This document shows, one piece after another, positions 9,817 to 18,247 of a stretch of 64,000 bases of DNA. The notes below the pieces were generated by a model. The model was not told where the DNA came from and did no database searches. It saw only the letters and a list, made by a program, of their open reading frames with translations. The position numbers and the translations under genes are program-made. Origin of the DNA: Candidatus Latescibacterota bacterium (GTDB lineage: Bacteria > Latescibacterota > UBA2968 > UBA8231); contig OZ241867.1 in NCBI GenBank assembly GCA_965203175.1, forward strand, positions 2,496,001 to 2,560,000, given 5' to 3'. How positions within the stretch are numbered: position 1 is the first letter of the stretch; the number at the start of each line of letters is the position of its first letter.

Positions 9817-10048
9817 AATTTTCCTCTCATGTTTCGGTCAAAAAATACGCTCACTACCCGCCAAGGTGCAACGCGGGTATTGACAGCGACGCGCAGTATT
9901 CGGTTGTCCCGTTCTGGGATAGAACGAAAAAAACGCTCCACCTCGGGTCGTTTGGATCGGGCATGCGCAACGTCGGTTCGGCTACTACCCGTTCAACCCA
10001 CTCCATGGGGATCATCCGTTCGGCCATCGCATGAACCGCGTGCTTTGA
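9813..10048 (-). pseudogene. Frameshifted DUF4258 family toxin-like gene
   Basis: Reads SKHAVHAMAERMIPMEWVERVVAEPTLRMPDPNDP, then a 1-nt shift near 9944 into VERFFRSIPERDNRILRVAVNTRVAPWRVVSVFFDRNMRGKL*; ATGA overlap with DUF2283. Confidence 0.75.
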
Positions 10049-10077
10049 ACCTATTATTTAATTCTTCGATTGCATCA

Positions 10078-10259
10078 TCGGCTATGGGCAGAAACCACGC
10101 CACATAGCCGTCCGGCGTTACCCCTCCATACGTAGCAAACCGCTGATTGGTATAAGGAGGTGAAGCAACGACCAAGTCCACCGAGTTCGACGCAATATGC
10201 TGGAGCTGTTCTGCGCAGTCGCCAAAGTATAGCGTCCAATTTCGCATGGCCTTTTCCAC
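10078..10259 (-). pseudogene. N-terminal fragment of an N4/N6 DNA methyltransferase
   Basis: LYFGDCAEQL...SVDLVVASPPY...YGG...YVAWFLP; similarity stops after ~60 aa; no FxGxG SAM motif. Confidence 0.75.
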
Positions 10260-10265
10260 GTCTAA

Positions 10266-11372
10266 CTAATGGCTCGCATACGGATCGGCTGCGTCGCGCA
10301 TGCCATCGCCGACCAAGTTGAAGGCCAAGACCGCGATGACCACGAAAAGCCCCGGCAGCAAGAGCCACGGTGCCATGGCCACGGCCTGAAAGTTCTGCGC
10401 CTTTTGCAGCAGCACCCCCCAGCTAACCACGGGTGCCCGCAGCCCAATCCCCAGAAAACTCAGCGCGGTCTCGCCGAGGATCATGCCCGGCACCGCTAAG
10501 GTGGCCGAGGTGATCACGTGGCTGAGGAACGACGGCAGCAGGTGTTTGAAAATGATCTTCAACTCGTGGGTGCCCGACAGGCGGGCGGCAACCACGAAAT
10601 CCTCGTCGCGCAGCGACAGAAAGCGGCCGCGCACCACCCGCGCCAACCCAGTCCAGCCCATCAGCGAGAGAATGATGGTGACGCCGAAGTAAATATGCAG
10701 CGGCGGCCAGTGTGCTGGCAGCGCCGCGCTCAACGCCATCCACAGCGGTAGCTGCGGCACAGCCATCAGGACTTCGATCATCCGCTGCACTATCACATCG
10801 ACCCAGCCGCTGTAATAACCCGCCAATCCCCCGAGCAGGATGCCGATGAGGAAGGTCAGGGCCACGCCGATTAGCCCGATGGTGAGAGAAATGCGCGCCC
10901 CATGTATAATTCGGCTGAACAGATCGCGGCCCAAATCGTCGGTGCCAAAGAGGAACAACGGCCCGCTACCCGCGCTGAACAGGTGAAAGTCCGCATTGAA
11001 AAGTCCCCAGAATTCGTAGGCTGGGCCGCGCGCGAAAAAGCGGATCGGATACACGGCCTCGGTATCGACGAGATACTCGCGTTGCCACGGGCCGGCGGCC
11101 GTGTCTTGCCGCACGCCGTGGACAAAGGGTCGCCAGTGAAAGCGCCCCTCGCCGTCGAAAAAGCGGATCTCCTGCGGTGGACAGAGAACGTATTGCGCGT
11201 GGCGCTGGTCGGGCTGGTAAGGCGAGATAAATTCGCACAGGGCCGCGAGGCCGTAGAGCGCGATCAGCACCGCACTGCCGGCTAGCGCCAGCCGATGGCG
11301 GCGGAAGCGCATCCACATCAGACGCCACTGCGAGGCGTCGGCTAGTTGGGTTGTGGGGCGGTCTTCACTCAT
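10266..11372 (-). CDS. Peptide ABC transporter permease (OppC/DppC type)
   Basis: FGTDDLGRDLFSR, EDFVVAARLSG, GETALSFLGIG, GDGMRDAADP. Confidence 0.94.
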   Translation of the reverse strand: MSEDRPTTQLADASQWRLMWMRFRRHRLALAGSAVLIALYGLAALCEFISPYQPDQRHAQYVLCPPQEIRFFDGEGRFHWRPFVHGVRQDTAAGPWQREYLVDTEAVYPIRFFARGPAYEFWGLFNADFHLFSAGSGPLFLFGTDDLGRDLFSRIIHGARISLTIGLIGVALTFLIGILLGGLAGYYSGWVDVIVQRMIEVLMAVPQLPLWMALSAALPAHWPPLHIYFGVTIILSLMGWTGLARVVRGRFLSLRDEDFVVAARLSGTHELKIIFKHLLPSFLSHVITSATLAVPGMILGETALSFLGIGLRAPVVSWGVLLQKAQNFQAVAMAPWLLLPGLFVVIAVLAFNLVGDGMRDAADPYASH

Positions 11373-12348
11373 AGCGGATGCGCGGGTCGGCAATGGCCAA
11401 GAGAATGTCCGACAGCAGGGTGCCTATTATCGTCAGGACGCTGAGCATGAGCAGGAAACTGCCCGCCAAATACATGTCTTGATTGCGCAGGGAGTCGAGC
11501 AGCAGGGGGCCGGTCGTTGGCAGGCTCAACACTACGCTGGTGATGGCCGAGCCGGAGATCAGGTGCGGCAGCATCCAGCCGACCGTGCTGATAAAGGGAT
11601 TGATGGCAATGCGCAATGGGTACTTAATCACCAAGCGGACCGGACCAAGGCCCTTGGCCAGCGCTGTGGTTACGTAGGGCTTGCCCAGCTCGTCGAGGAG
11701 ATTGGCGCGCATGATTCGCATCAGCCCGGCCATGCCGGCCGTGCCGACGACCACGGCCGGGATCCACAGATGCCCGAGCAAATCGCCGAATTTGGCCAAG
11801 CTCCACGGCGCACTCGCGTACTCGGGGGAAAACAGTCCGCCCACGGCAATCCCAAACCACTCGTAGCCCAGGTACATCAAAACCAGCGCGAGCAGGAAGT
11901 TGGGCGTCGCCAGACCGACGAAGGCCGCGAGGGTCGCTGTGTAGTCGAGCACCGAGTACTGGCGCAGGGCCGAATAGATGCCCACCGGAAAGGCCACCAG
12001 CCAAGTCAACAAGGTCGCGGTCGAGGTAATCAGCAAGGTGTAGCCAAGCCGCTCCCAGATCAGGTTGTTGACCGACTGGCCGTACATCACTGAATAGCCC
12101 ATATCGCCTCGGAGGAAGCCGCCCATCCACTTGAAGTATTGGATAAACATCGGGTCGTCGAGGTGGTAGCGGGCGCGCAGGGCGGCGATTTGTTCCTCGG
12201 AGATGTCTTGGCCCTCGGCCTGCAGCTCTTGCAGGCGCGACGTGATGATGTCCCCGGGTGGCAACTGGATGACGACGAAGACCAGCACCGAAACGGCCAG
12301 CAGGGTGGGGATCATAATCAGGACGCGGCGGATGATGTAGTTAATCAT
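11365..12348 (-). CDS. Peptide ABC transporter permease (OppB/DppB type)
   Basis: YIIRRVL...LPPGD, YVTTALAKGL, SDILLAIADPRIRY. Confidence 0.94.
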   Translation of the reverse strand: MINYIIRRVLIMIPTLLAVSVLVFVVIQLPPGDIITSRLQELQAEGQDISEEQIAALRARYHLDDPMFIQYFKWMGGFLRGDMGYSVMYGQSVNNLIWERLGYTLLITSTATLLTWLVAFPVGIYSALRQYSVLDYTATLAAFVGLATPNFLLALVLMYLGYEWFGIAVGGLFSPEYASAPWSLAKFGDLLGHLWIPAVVVGTAGMAGLMRIMRANLLDELGKPYVTTALAKGLGPVRLVIKYPLRIAINPFISTVGWMLPHLISGSAITSVVLSLPTTGPLLLDSLRNQDMYLAGSFLLMLSVLTIIGTLLSDILLAIADPRIRYE

Positions 12349-12351
12349 GGC

Positions 12352-14313
12352 TCAGTCTTGTTGCAGGTACCAAGTCTCTGGATAGTAGGGCCAAGACCAG
12401 CGCGAATCCCACCCCCAATAGCCCTGGCGCGGGACATTGCGCAGCCGGTTGCTAACGATGACCGGGTGTGGCCCTAAGCCGATGACGCCGAGCGCCCACA
12501 GGTTTTCGGCTTGGCTCTGGAGAATTTTCTTGCCCATGGCGATGCGCTCTTGGAGGTTGGATGTGCGGCGCAGCACCTCCCACCAGGCGATTAGGTCGCG
12601 GACCTTGCCGGGCGGCATCCAGCCACGCGCTCCGTCCGACCGGTACCACCGCGACCACTCCGGCCATTGGGTCACCTCCTGCCCCACGTGCATGGGCACG
12701 TACCAAAAAGGCTCGATGGGAAAGAGGATGTCGGCATTGCGATCGGCGTGCCAGATGCTCATGTCCATGACTCCGCCCCGGGTGCGGATGCCTTGCAGCG
12801 CGCCGCTTATTTGCTTGCGGTTGATGTGCAGCCCCACTTCGCGCCAGTGGGCGGTCACCAAGTCCACGGTAACTTGCTTTGGCGTCTCCCCGATCGTGTA
12901 CTCCAGCGTGATTTCGAGGGGGCGGCCATCGGGATGGTCGCGCCGGCCATCGCCGTTGCGGTCGATCAGTCCCATCTCGTCGAGCAGGGCGCGGGCGCGT
13001 TGCGGATCGTACTCGGCCCAAGCTGAGGCAAAGGAAGGCTCAAAGTAGCGGCTCGAAGATACGACCGTCAACTGGCGCGGGATCCCCTGCCCGTAATAGG
13101 CAATGTCGTTGATCTCCACGCGGTTGATGGCCAGCGAGAGGGCGCGACGAAAGCGCACGTCCTGAAAAATCTGCCTGAGCCGCTCGTCGGGGTGGGTCAT
13201 ATTAATCATGAAGGTCACGTCCGAGCCGTAGGGACGGGGCCAGAGGTAGGTCTCATAGCCGTTGTCCTGCTCGAAGCGCTTAAACAGCGGGATGTCGGCG
13301 GTCTTAAACTGCCGCCCGGCAAAATCGATCTGTCCGGTGGCGGCCTTGGCCGCCATGATCTCGGGGCTGTCAACTCGCTGGACTTCGAGGTAATCTATAT
13401 AGGGCAGTTGATTGCCGGCTGGATCTACTTTGGGGTAGTAGGGGTTGCGGCGGTAGCGGACGCGCGTCGAAGTCTTGCTGACCACCACGTAAGCGGTCTG
13501 CACTGGCTTGTAAAAGACCATTAGATCGCGCGTGCTGACAACGGCTTGGAAGTAGGTGCGCCAGTCTTGTAGGCCGAGTTCCACTGCTTCGCGCTCTAGC
13601 TGATCCGCGTCGGTAAAATCGGGATGATAGCGGCGCATAAAGTGCGCTGGTGCCGACAGATGCGAGCTGTTGTGGGCGAGGTGCTTGACAAAGAGCGGCA
13701 TCGGCTGGGGAAAGTGATAGCTAAAAAGGTGGGGGCTGTGTTTTTCGATGCGAGCCCCCTTAAAGCGGGGTGATACCACGGGCGTGAGGCTTTTGTTCAT
13801 GTGGACGCGATCGAACCAAAAGACAAAGTCGTCGGCCGTCACTGGGTGCCCGTCGGACCACTTGTGACCGGGCCGGAGGAAGACCGTCAGGGTCTGCGCG
13901 TCGTTGTGATACTCGACCCGCGCGGCAAAGTTGGGCAGGGTTAGCTGGAGCTGTGGCCCCGGACGCAGGGTTCCTTCGGGTACATTGAGGAGTTGTTCGC
14001 CGGCGAGGAAGAGCCGAGCGGTACCCCCGTAGGTCCCAATCCCGTCGATTGGCTCGACGACAATCGGGTCATCGGGGAGCCGCTCCTCCACGGGCGGCAA
14101 CTCGCCAGCGGCCACGAGTTCGTCGAGCATGGGCGACTGACGGAAGGTCGTCAAGCCGACTTCCGAGGCCGTGCGCGGCGGGTGGAACCAGCTTTCTGGC
14201 CACGCTGTGCGAGGTATGTCGCCCTCGGCCGCTGGGTGCGCCGCTTGACTTTCCCGGCCGCATCCTACTAGAGCCATGAGCATTAGCAGGAACCCGGCCT
14301 GCACTCCATTCAT
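12352..14313 (-). CDS. Family 5 ABC substrate-binding lipoprotein
   Basis: Lipobox LVGC after MNGVQ; LPPVEERLP, LRPGHKWSDGHPVTADD, RFRRALSLAINR; the ORF-track extension to 14817 overlaps the P-II gene and was trimmed. Confidence 0.9.
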   Translation of the reverse strand: MNGVQAGFLLMLMALVGCGRESQAAHPAAEGDIPRTAWPESWFHPPRTASEVGLTTFRQSPMLDELVAAGELPPVEERLPDDPIVVEPIDGIGTYGGTARLFLAGEQLLNVPEGTLRPGPQLQLTLPNFAARVEYHNDAQTLTVFLRPGHKWSDGHPVTADDFVFWFDRVHMNKSLTPVVSPRFKGARIEKHSPHLFSYHFPQPMPLFVKHLAHNSSHLSAPAHFMRRYHPDFTDADQLEREAVELGLQDWRTYFQAVVSTRDLMVFYKPVQTAYVVVSKTSTRVRYRRNPYYPKVDPAGNQLPYIDYLEVQRVDSPEIMAAKAATGQIDFAGRQFKTADIPLFKRFEQDNGYETYLWPRPYGSDVTFMINMTHPDERLRQIFQDVRFRRALSLAINRVEINDIAYYGQGIPRQLTVVSSSRYFEPSFASAWAEYDPQRARALLDEMGLIDRNGDGRRDHPDGRPLEITLEYTIGETPKQVTVDLVTAHWREVGLHINRKQISGALQGIRTRGGVMDMSIWHADRNADILFPIEPFWYVPMHVGQEVTQWPEWSRWYRSDGARGWMPPGKVRDLIAWWEVLRRTSNLQERIAMGKKILQSQAENLWALGVIGLGPHPVIVSNRLRNVPRQGYWGWDSRWSWPYYPETWYLQQD

Positions 14314-14395
14314 CAAAATTATACCACGCAGAAAGAGGCGCGCCGCCTGAGGGCGGCTAATAATTGAGGTCAAACAGTCTAAAGCGATTGCGCCG

Positions 14396-14451
14396 ATTGC
14401 GCCAGAGGGCGCGGAAGAGAACGGTTGCACCCATTGCGCCAAACGGCGCGG
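14396..14451. promoter_or_regulatory. Tandem palindromic boxes GCGCC-N4-GGCGC upstream of the P-II gene
   Basis: ATTGCGCCAGAGGGCGCGG (14396-14414) and ATTGCGCCAAACGGCGCGG (14433-14451), 17/19 identical, in a divergent intergenic region. Confidence 0.5.
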
Positions 14452-14506
14452 CGACCTACTTTTCTTAGGCACCAACATATGCACCAATACGTGAGGAGGT
14501 GGCGAT

Positions 14507-14845
14507 ATGAAACTGCTAATGTGCGTAGTGAGACCCAACGCACTAGACGCGATCAAAGAGGCGTTGAGCGCATTGGGCGTCCAAGGCATAACGGTCAGCG
14601 AAGTCAAGGGTTTTGGTCGCCAGAAGGGCCACAAGGAGATATATCGCGGTGCCGAGTACGTCGTCGATTTTACTCCCAAGCTCAAGGTCGAGGTGGTGGT
14701 GAGGGACGACCTCGCTGAGCAGTGCTTGAGCGCTGTGCGCGAGGCCGCGCAGACGGGCCATATTGGCGACGGCAAAATTTTCGTATTGTCGGTGGATGAG
14801 GTAGTGCGGATTCGCACCGGGGAGACAGGCGACGCGGCTATTTAA
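14507..14845 (+). CDS. glnB: Nitrogen regulatory protein P-II (GlnB/GlnK)
   Basis: 112 aa; GFGRQKGHKEIYRGAEY T-loop, TGHIGDGKIFV, RIRTGETG; GAGGAGG RBS. Confidence 0.95.
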   Translation: MKLLMCVVRPNALDAIKEALSALGVQGITVSEVKGFGRQKGHKEIYRGAEYVVDFTPKLKVEVVVRDDLAEQCLSAVREAAQTGHIGDGKIFVLSVDEVVRIRTGETGDAAI

Positions 14846-14915
14846 CCCCCTGCGACGCTGATTTAGCGGGCGGGACGCCCTAGCGGTAACCATTAGAAAC
14901 AGCAATTACCCCGAC

Positions 14916-14952
14916 GCGGGCGAGGGATAAAGTTCCCTCGCCCGCTTTTTTT
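14916..14952 (+). terminator. Intrinsic terminator after the P-II gene
   Basis: GCGGGCGAGGGA-TAAAGT-TCCCTCGCCCGC followed by T7. Confidence 0.9.
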
Positions 14953-14963
14953 GCCAAAAGTGC

Positions 14964-15007
14964 TTGACAAGTCTCTTTTGGTACTGTATTAATGACTTAA
15001 GACAGTA
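14964..15007 (+). promoter_or_regulatory. Sigma70-like promoter overlapped by a putative YtrA/GntR operator
   Basis: TTGACA at 14964, TATTAA 17 bp later; inverted repeat TACTGTATTAA-TGAC-TTAAGACAGTA (14982-15007, one mismatch). Confidence 0.7.
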
Positions 15008-15036
15008 AATCACTCGTACAATTCGAGAAGACGCTT

Positions 15037-15456
15037 ATGGCTAAACGCAAGATTGCACATGGAGGGGATGCGCTGCATCTGCGCCTCGATACTGCCGGAG
15101 GGGTGCCGATCTACCTGCAACTGATCGAACAGATCAAGTACCACATCGCCACCGGCACCCTCAAAGCCGACGACGAGTTGCCATCGGTGCGAGCCGTGGC
15201 CAACGCCCAGCTAATCAACCCGAACACCGTCGCCCGCGCTTACCTCGAATTGGAGCGCGAGGGCGTCATCTATAAAAGACGCGGCATGGGAACGTATGTC
15301 GCCGAAAAGGGGGTTTCTATGAGTACTGAAGAGCGGCTGAATATCGTTCGCAACTTAATGGAAAAGGCACTGGTGGAAGGGACGCAGCTTGGGCTGGACG
15401 CGGCGAGCCTGCGCCGAGTGTTTGAGGAAACCCTAGAAAAATTCAGCAGCCAATAG
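15037..15456 (+). CDS. GntR family transcriptional regulator, YtrA subfamily
   Basis: PIYLQL, LPSVR, INPNTVARAY, RRGMGTYV; short C-terminus; precedes an ABC ATPase. Confidence 0.93.
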   Translation: MAKRKIAHGGDALHLRLDTAGGVPIYLQLIEQIKYHIATGTLKADDELPSVRAVANAQLINPNTVARAYLELEREGVIYKRRGMGTYVAEKGVSMSTEERLNIVRNLMEKALVEGTQLGLDAASLRRVFEETLEKFSSQ

Positions 15457-15467
15457 GAGAAGCAACT

Positions 15468-16364
15468 ATGGCAGCAGCGGCGATTCGCATCGCAGGCTTG
15501 GTTAAGACCTTTGGCAAGCATCGAGCGGTAGATGGGCTAGACTTAGAGGTGCCCGAGGGCAGTATCTTCGGCTTTCTAGGGCGCAATGGGGCTGGCAAGA
15601 CCACGACCATCAAAATACTGATGAATATGCTCAAACCCACCGCCGGCGCGGTGGAGGTGCTGGGTCAAGATCCGCACGTCCACGAAAAGAAACTCAAGGA
15701 GCGGGTGGGCTACATCTCGGACAATCCGGTGCTGTACGACTGGATGAAGGTCGAGGAGGTGGCGTGGTTTGCCGGGCAGTTGTATCCGCGCTGGGATCAG
15801 CAGAAGGTCGCCGCGCTGATCGAGCACTTTGGGCTGGACCCCAAGCAGAAGATCAAGCACCTGTCGCGGGGCATGAACGCCCAACTCAATCTGGCCTTGG
15901 TGCTGGGCCACGACCCAGAATTGTTGATCCTCGACGAGCCAGCTTCGGGCTTGGACGTAATCGTGCGCCGCGACGTGCTCGAAAGCATAATCCAAGTCAT
16001 CAGTGCGGAAGGCCGAACGGTGTTTTTCTCTTCGCATTTGGTCCACGAGGTCGAGCGGGTGGCCGACCAAGTCGCCATTATCGACCAGGGCAAGCTGTTG
16101 GTCTGCGGCGAGTTGGACGCGGTGCGGCAGCAGATCAAACGAGTGCTGGTGCGGGCCGAGGACGCGGTGGATTTTGCCGGGGTGACCGGGCTGCGCGGCG
16201 TGCAAGGCGAGGGCCGCCAGCGGCTGTTGACCGTTTTCGATTACGGAGACGAGTCCAAGGCGCAGATCGAGGCGGCAGGCGGACAGGTTGTCGAGGTGAT
16301 CGACTTGAGCTTAGAGGAGAGCTTCGTCGAGCACGTGACGCCGCAAGGGGAGCTTCCGTCGTGA
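15468..16364 (+). CDS. ABC exporter ATP-binding protein (YtrB-like)
   Basis: GRNGAGKTT, LSRGM, LDEPASGLD, SSH. Confidence 0.94.
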   Translation: MAAAAIRIAGLVKTFGKHRAVDGLDLEVPEGSIFGFLGRNGAGKTTTIKILMNMLKPTAGAVEVLGQDPHVHEKKLKERVGYISDNPVLYDWMKVEEVAWFAGQLYPRWDQQKVAALIEHFGLDPKQKIKHLSRGMNAQLNLALVLGHDPELLILDEPASGLDVIVRRDVLESIIQVISAEGRTVFFSSHLVHEVERVADQVAIIDQGKLLVCGELDAVRQQIKRVLVRAEDAVDFAGVTGLRGVQGEGRQRLLTVFDYGDESKAQIEAAGGQVVEVIDLSLEESFVEHVTPQGELPS

Positions 16365-18247
16365 GGGCTTGGCGCGCATTGCTGTGGAAGGAAAGCCGCG
16401 AGGAACTGCCGGGGGTGCTGGTGGGGTTGGGACTATGCACGGTGGTGGTGGCATTGCGGCAGAACGCGGGGTTCAACGAGGACTTTGCCCCAAACTTTAA
16501 TGAGTGGATTGCGATCTTTGTCGTGGTGTACGGTATCGGGCTGGGCATGCACTTGGTCGCCAAGGAAAGCAGCAAGGGCACCCTGTCGTTTTTGCTGGGC
16601 AAGCCCTTGTCGGCCGTGGAGGTGTTGCTGCCCAAGTATGCCGTTGGCGCAGCAGCTCTGTTGGTGGTGACTGCTGGGGCTTGGGCGACGGTGTATCTGG
16701 ACTTGGAGGGGCTGGCGTCTAAGGGCTATAGCATCTACGGCAATAGTGGTGCTTGGTCCCCCGATCTAAAGCGGCTCGCCGAGGAGGTAGGCTATGTCAA
16801 CATGTTGCTTTTTTCTTTTACGTCGGTGCTGGCGATCTATAGCCTGATCTTCGCTAGCTCGCCGGTGACTGACCACCCGCTCAAGGGGGCCGCCTTGGGC
16901 ATTTTGCTACTGATCGCTTTGGGTATAGGTATAGAAGCCAGCAACCTGCTTGAGTATTTCCCCGCACTCAAGCCAGCCTTCTACTTCAATATCGGAATGG
17001 GCAAGGATAAGATCGTCCGCCTGGTGGGCGATCCTTGGCTTTATTTTGTGCGGTTAGGTGCGACAGTGGCGGCGATGGCAGCCGGTGTGGCCGTTTCCAT
17101 AGCACTTTTGCGCCGCTTCCGCGGAGCTAGTCTCGGCTGGAAGCCTATTGTCTCCGGCTGGCTGGCCCTGATCGCTTTCGCAACCGCGATGAATTTGACT
17201 TCTGCTCCCCCCCTGCCGAAACCGGGACCGCTAAGTATTCTAACCCCCGAAGAAGGGGCCTATCTCGACTTGGCCGTCGTTGGAGATCGGGGGTATGTGG
17301 CGACTGAAGGGGGCTTGGCTGTCGTGGATTTGCGCGATCCTACCAAACCTGAACCACTAGCGGCCGTGGAGGCACCGCTGTGGTCAATGCGCCGGATCGC
17401 GGTCGTGGATTCGCTGGCCTATCTCCTCGGCCAGCGCAAGGGCTTGCCCGCCGACAGCCTCGGTATCGCCGTCTTTAGTGTTGGCGATCCGGCCCACCCG
17501 GTCTTCAAAGGGTACCGAATAATCGGCGACGATATAAATACATCTTGGGACTGGAATCGCTGCGGCGCAGGGCTGATCCTCAACGGACGCTGGGGCGGCA
17601 AGTTGGGAATAGTGTCATTTGCGTTAGATGCGGAAGGGCTGCCAGCACGGGCTGATGAATTAGTCGTCGAAGAGCTAGAAGCAGACTATGAGAATGACCC
17701 CACGTCCGGTTGGTGGGCACACAAACTGTCCATGCACATACACAACGAGCGAATATGGGTAGGGTACGGAGCCGGTTTCCTCGCGGTGGATGCCCGGAAT
17801 CTGGAGGCGCTACAAGAGGCTGTGCGGGTGGAAATGGGCGACTACAACAGCGATTACGATGTACATAAGAGCCGCCTGATAACCCGTGAGGGCAACACGC
17901 TCTACGTCCAACGGTACTGGCCCGGGGACCTAGTAGCCTTCGACATCACTGACCCCAATGCGCCACGCGAGATCGGATACTGGTCTTTTAGTGCTTGGAA
18001 TACGATAAAAATAATTGACGGCTGGGTGTACAGTACGGGATTGAATGGGTTATCCGCGTATCGGCAGACCCCTTATCACACCTACGAGTACGTGGGTTAT
18101 TGGCACGCGCCCGACGAGCTACTGTCTTTGCCTTCCTTCGCGTCTGGATGGAGACGGCTCCATCTCGTCCGCGACCATTTCTACACCTTAATCGGGCGTT
18201 CGCTCATGGTGTTCCCGCTGGAGCAGGCCCAAGGAGGCCGGCTATGA
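16361..18247 (+). CDS. ABC-2 type permease fused to a C-terminal LVIVD-repeat domain
   Basis: GTG start overlapping the ATPase stop; ALLWKE..E, KESSKGTLSFLLGKP, hydrophobic TM segments, then LAVVDLRDPTKP, IAVFSVGDPAHP, LVAFDITDPNAP. Confidence 0.8.
   Translation: MRAWRALLWKESREELPGVLVGLGLCTVVVALRQNAGFNEDFAPNFNEWIAIFVVVYGIGLGMHLVAKESSKGTLSFLLGKPLSAVEVLLPKYAVGAAALLVVTAGAWATVYLDLEGLASKGYSIYGNSGAWSPDLKRLAEEVGYVNMLLFSFTSVLAIYSLIFASSPVTDHPLKGAALGILLLIALGIGIEASNLLEYFPALKPAFYFNIGMGKDKIVRLVGDPWLYFVRLGATVAAMAAGVAVSIALLRRFRGASLGWKPIVSGWLALIAFATAMNLTSAPPLPKPGPLSILTPEEGAYLDLAVVGDRGYVATEGGLAVVDLRDPTKPEPLAAVEAPLWSMRRIAVVDSLAYLLGQRKGLPADSLGIAVFSVGDPAHPVFKGYRIIGDDINTSWDWNRCGAGLILNGRWGGKLGIVSFALDAEGLPARADELVVEELEADYENDPTSGWWAHKLSMHIHNERIWVGYGAGFLAVDARNLEALQEAVRVEMGDYNSDYDVHKSRLITREGNTLYVQRYWPGDLVAFDITDPNAPREIGYWSFSAWNTIKIIDGWVYSTGLNGLSAYRQTPYHTYEYVGYWHAPDELLSLPSFASGWRRLHLVRDHFYTLIGRSLMVFPLEQAQGGRL

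Noticed and set aside
14466-14483. Sigma54-like promoter AGGCAC...ATGC upstream of the P-II gene
   Set aside because: GG-to-GC spacing is 11 nt rather than the required 10
14314-14817. 168-aa N-terminal extension of the peptide SBP ORF
   Set aside because: It is the antisense shadow of the P-II gene; the lipoprotein signal starts at 14313
15764-16360. N-terminal extension of the 827-aa ORF (likewise 18100-18243, 8598-8771, 59545-60315)
   Set aside because: Out-of-frame overlap with real upstream genes; Arg/Gly/Pro-rich read-through typical of high-GC DNA; coupled starts exist downstream
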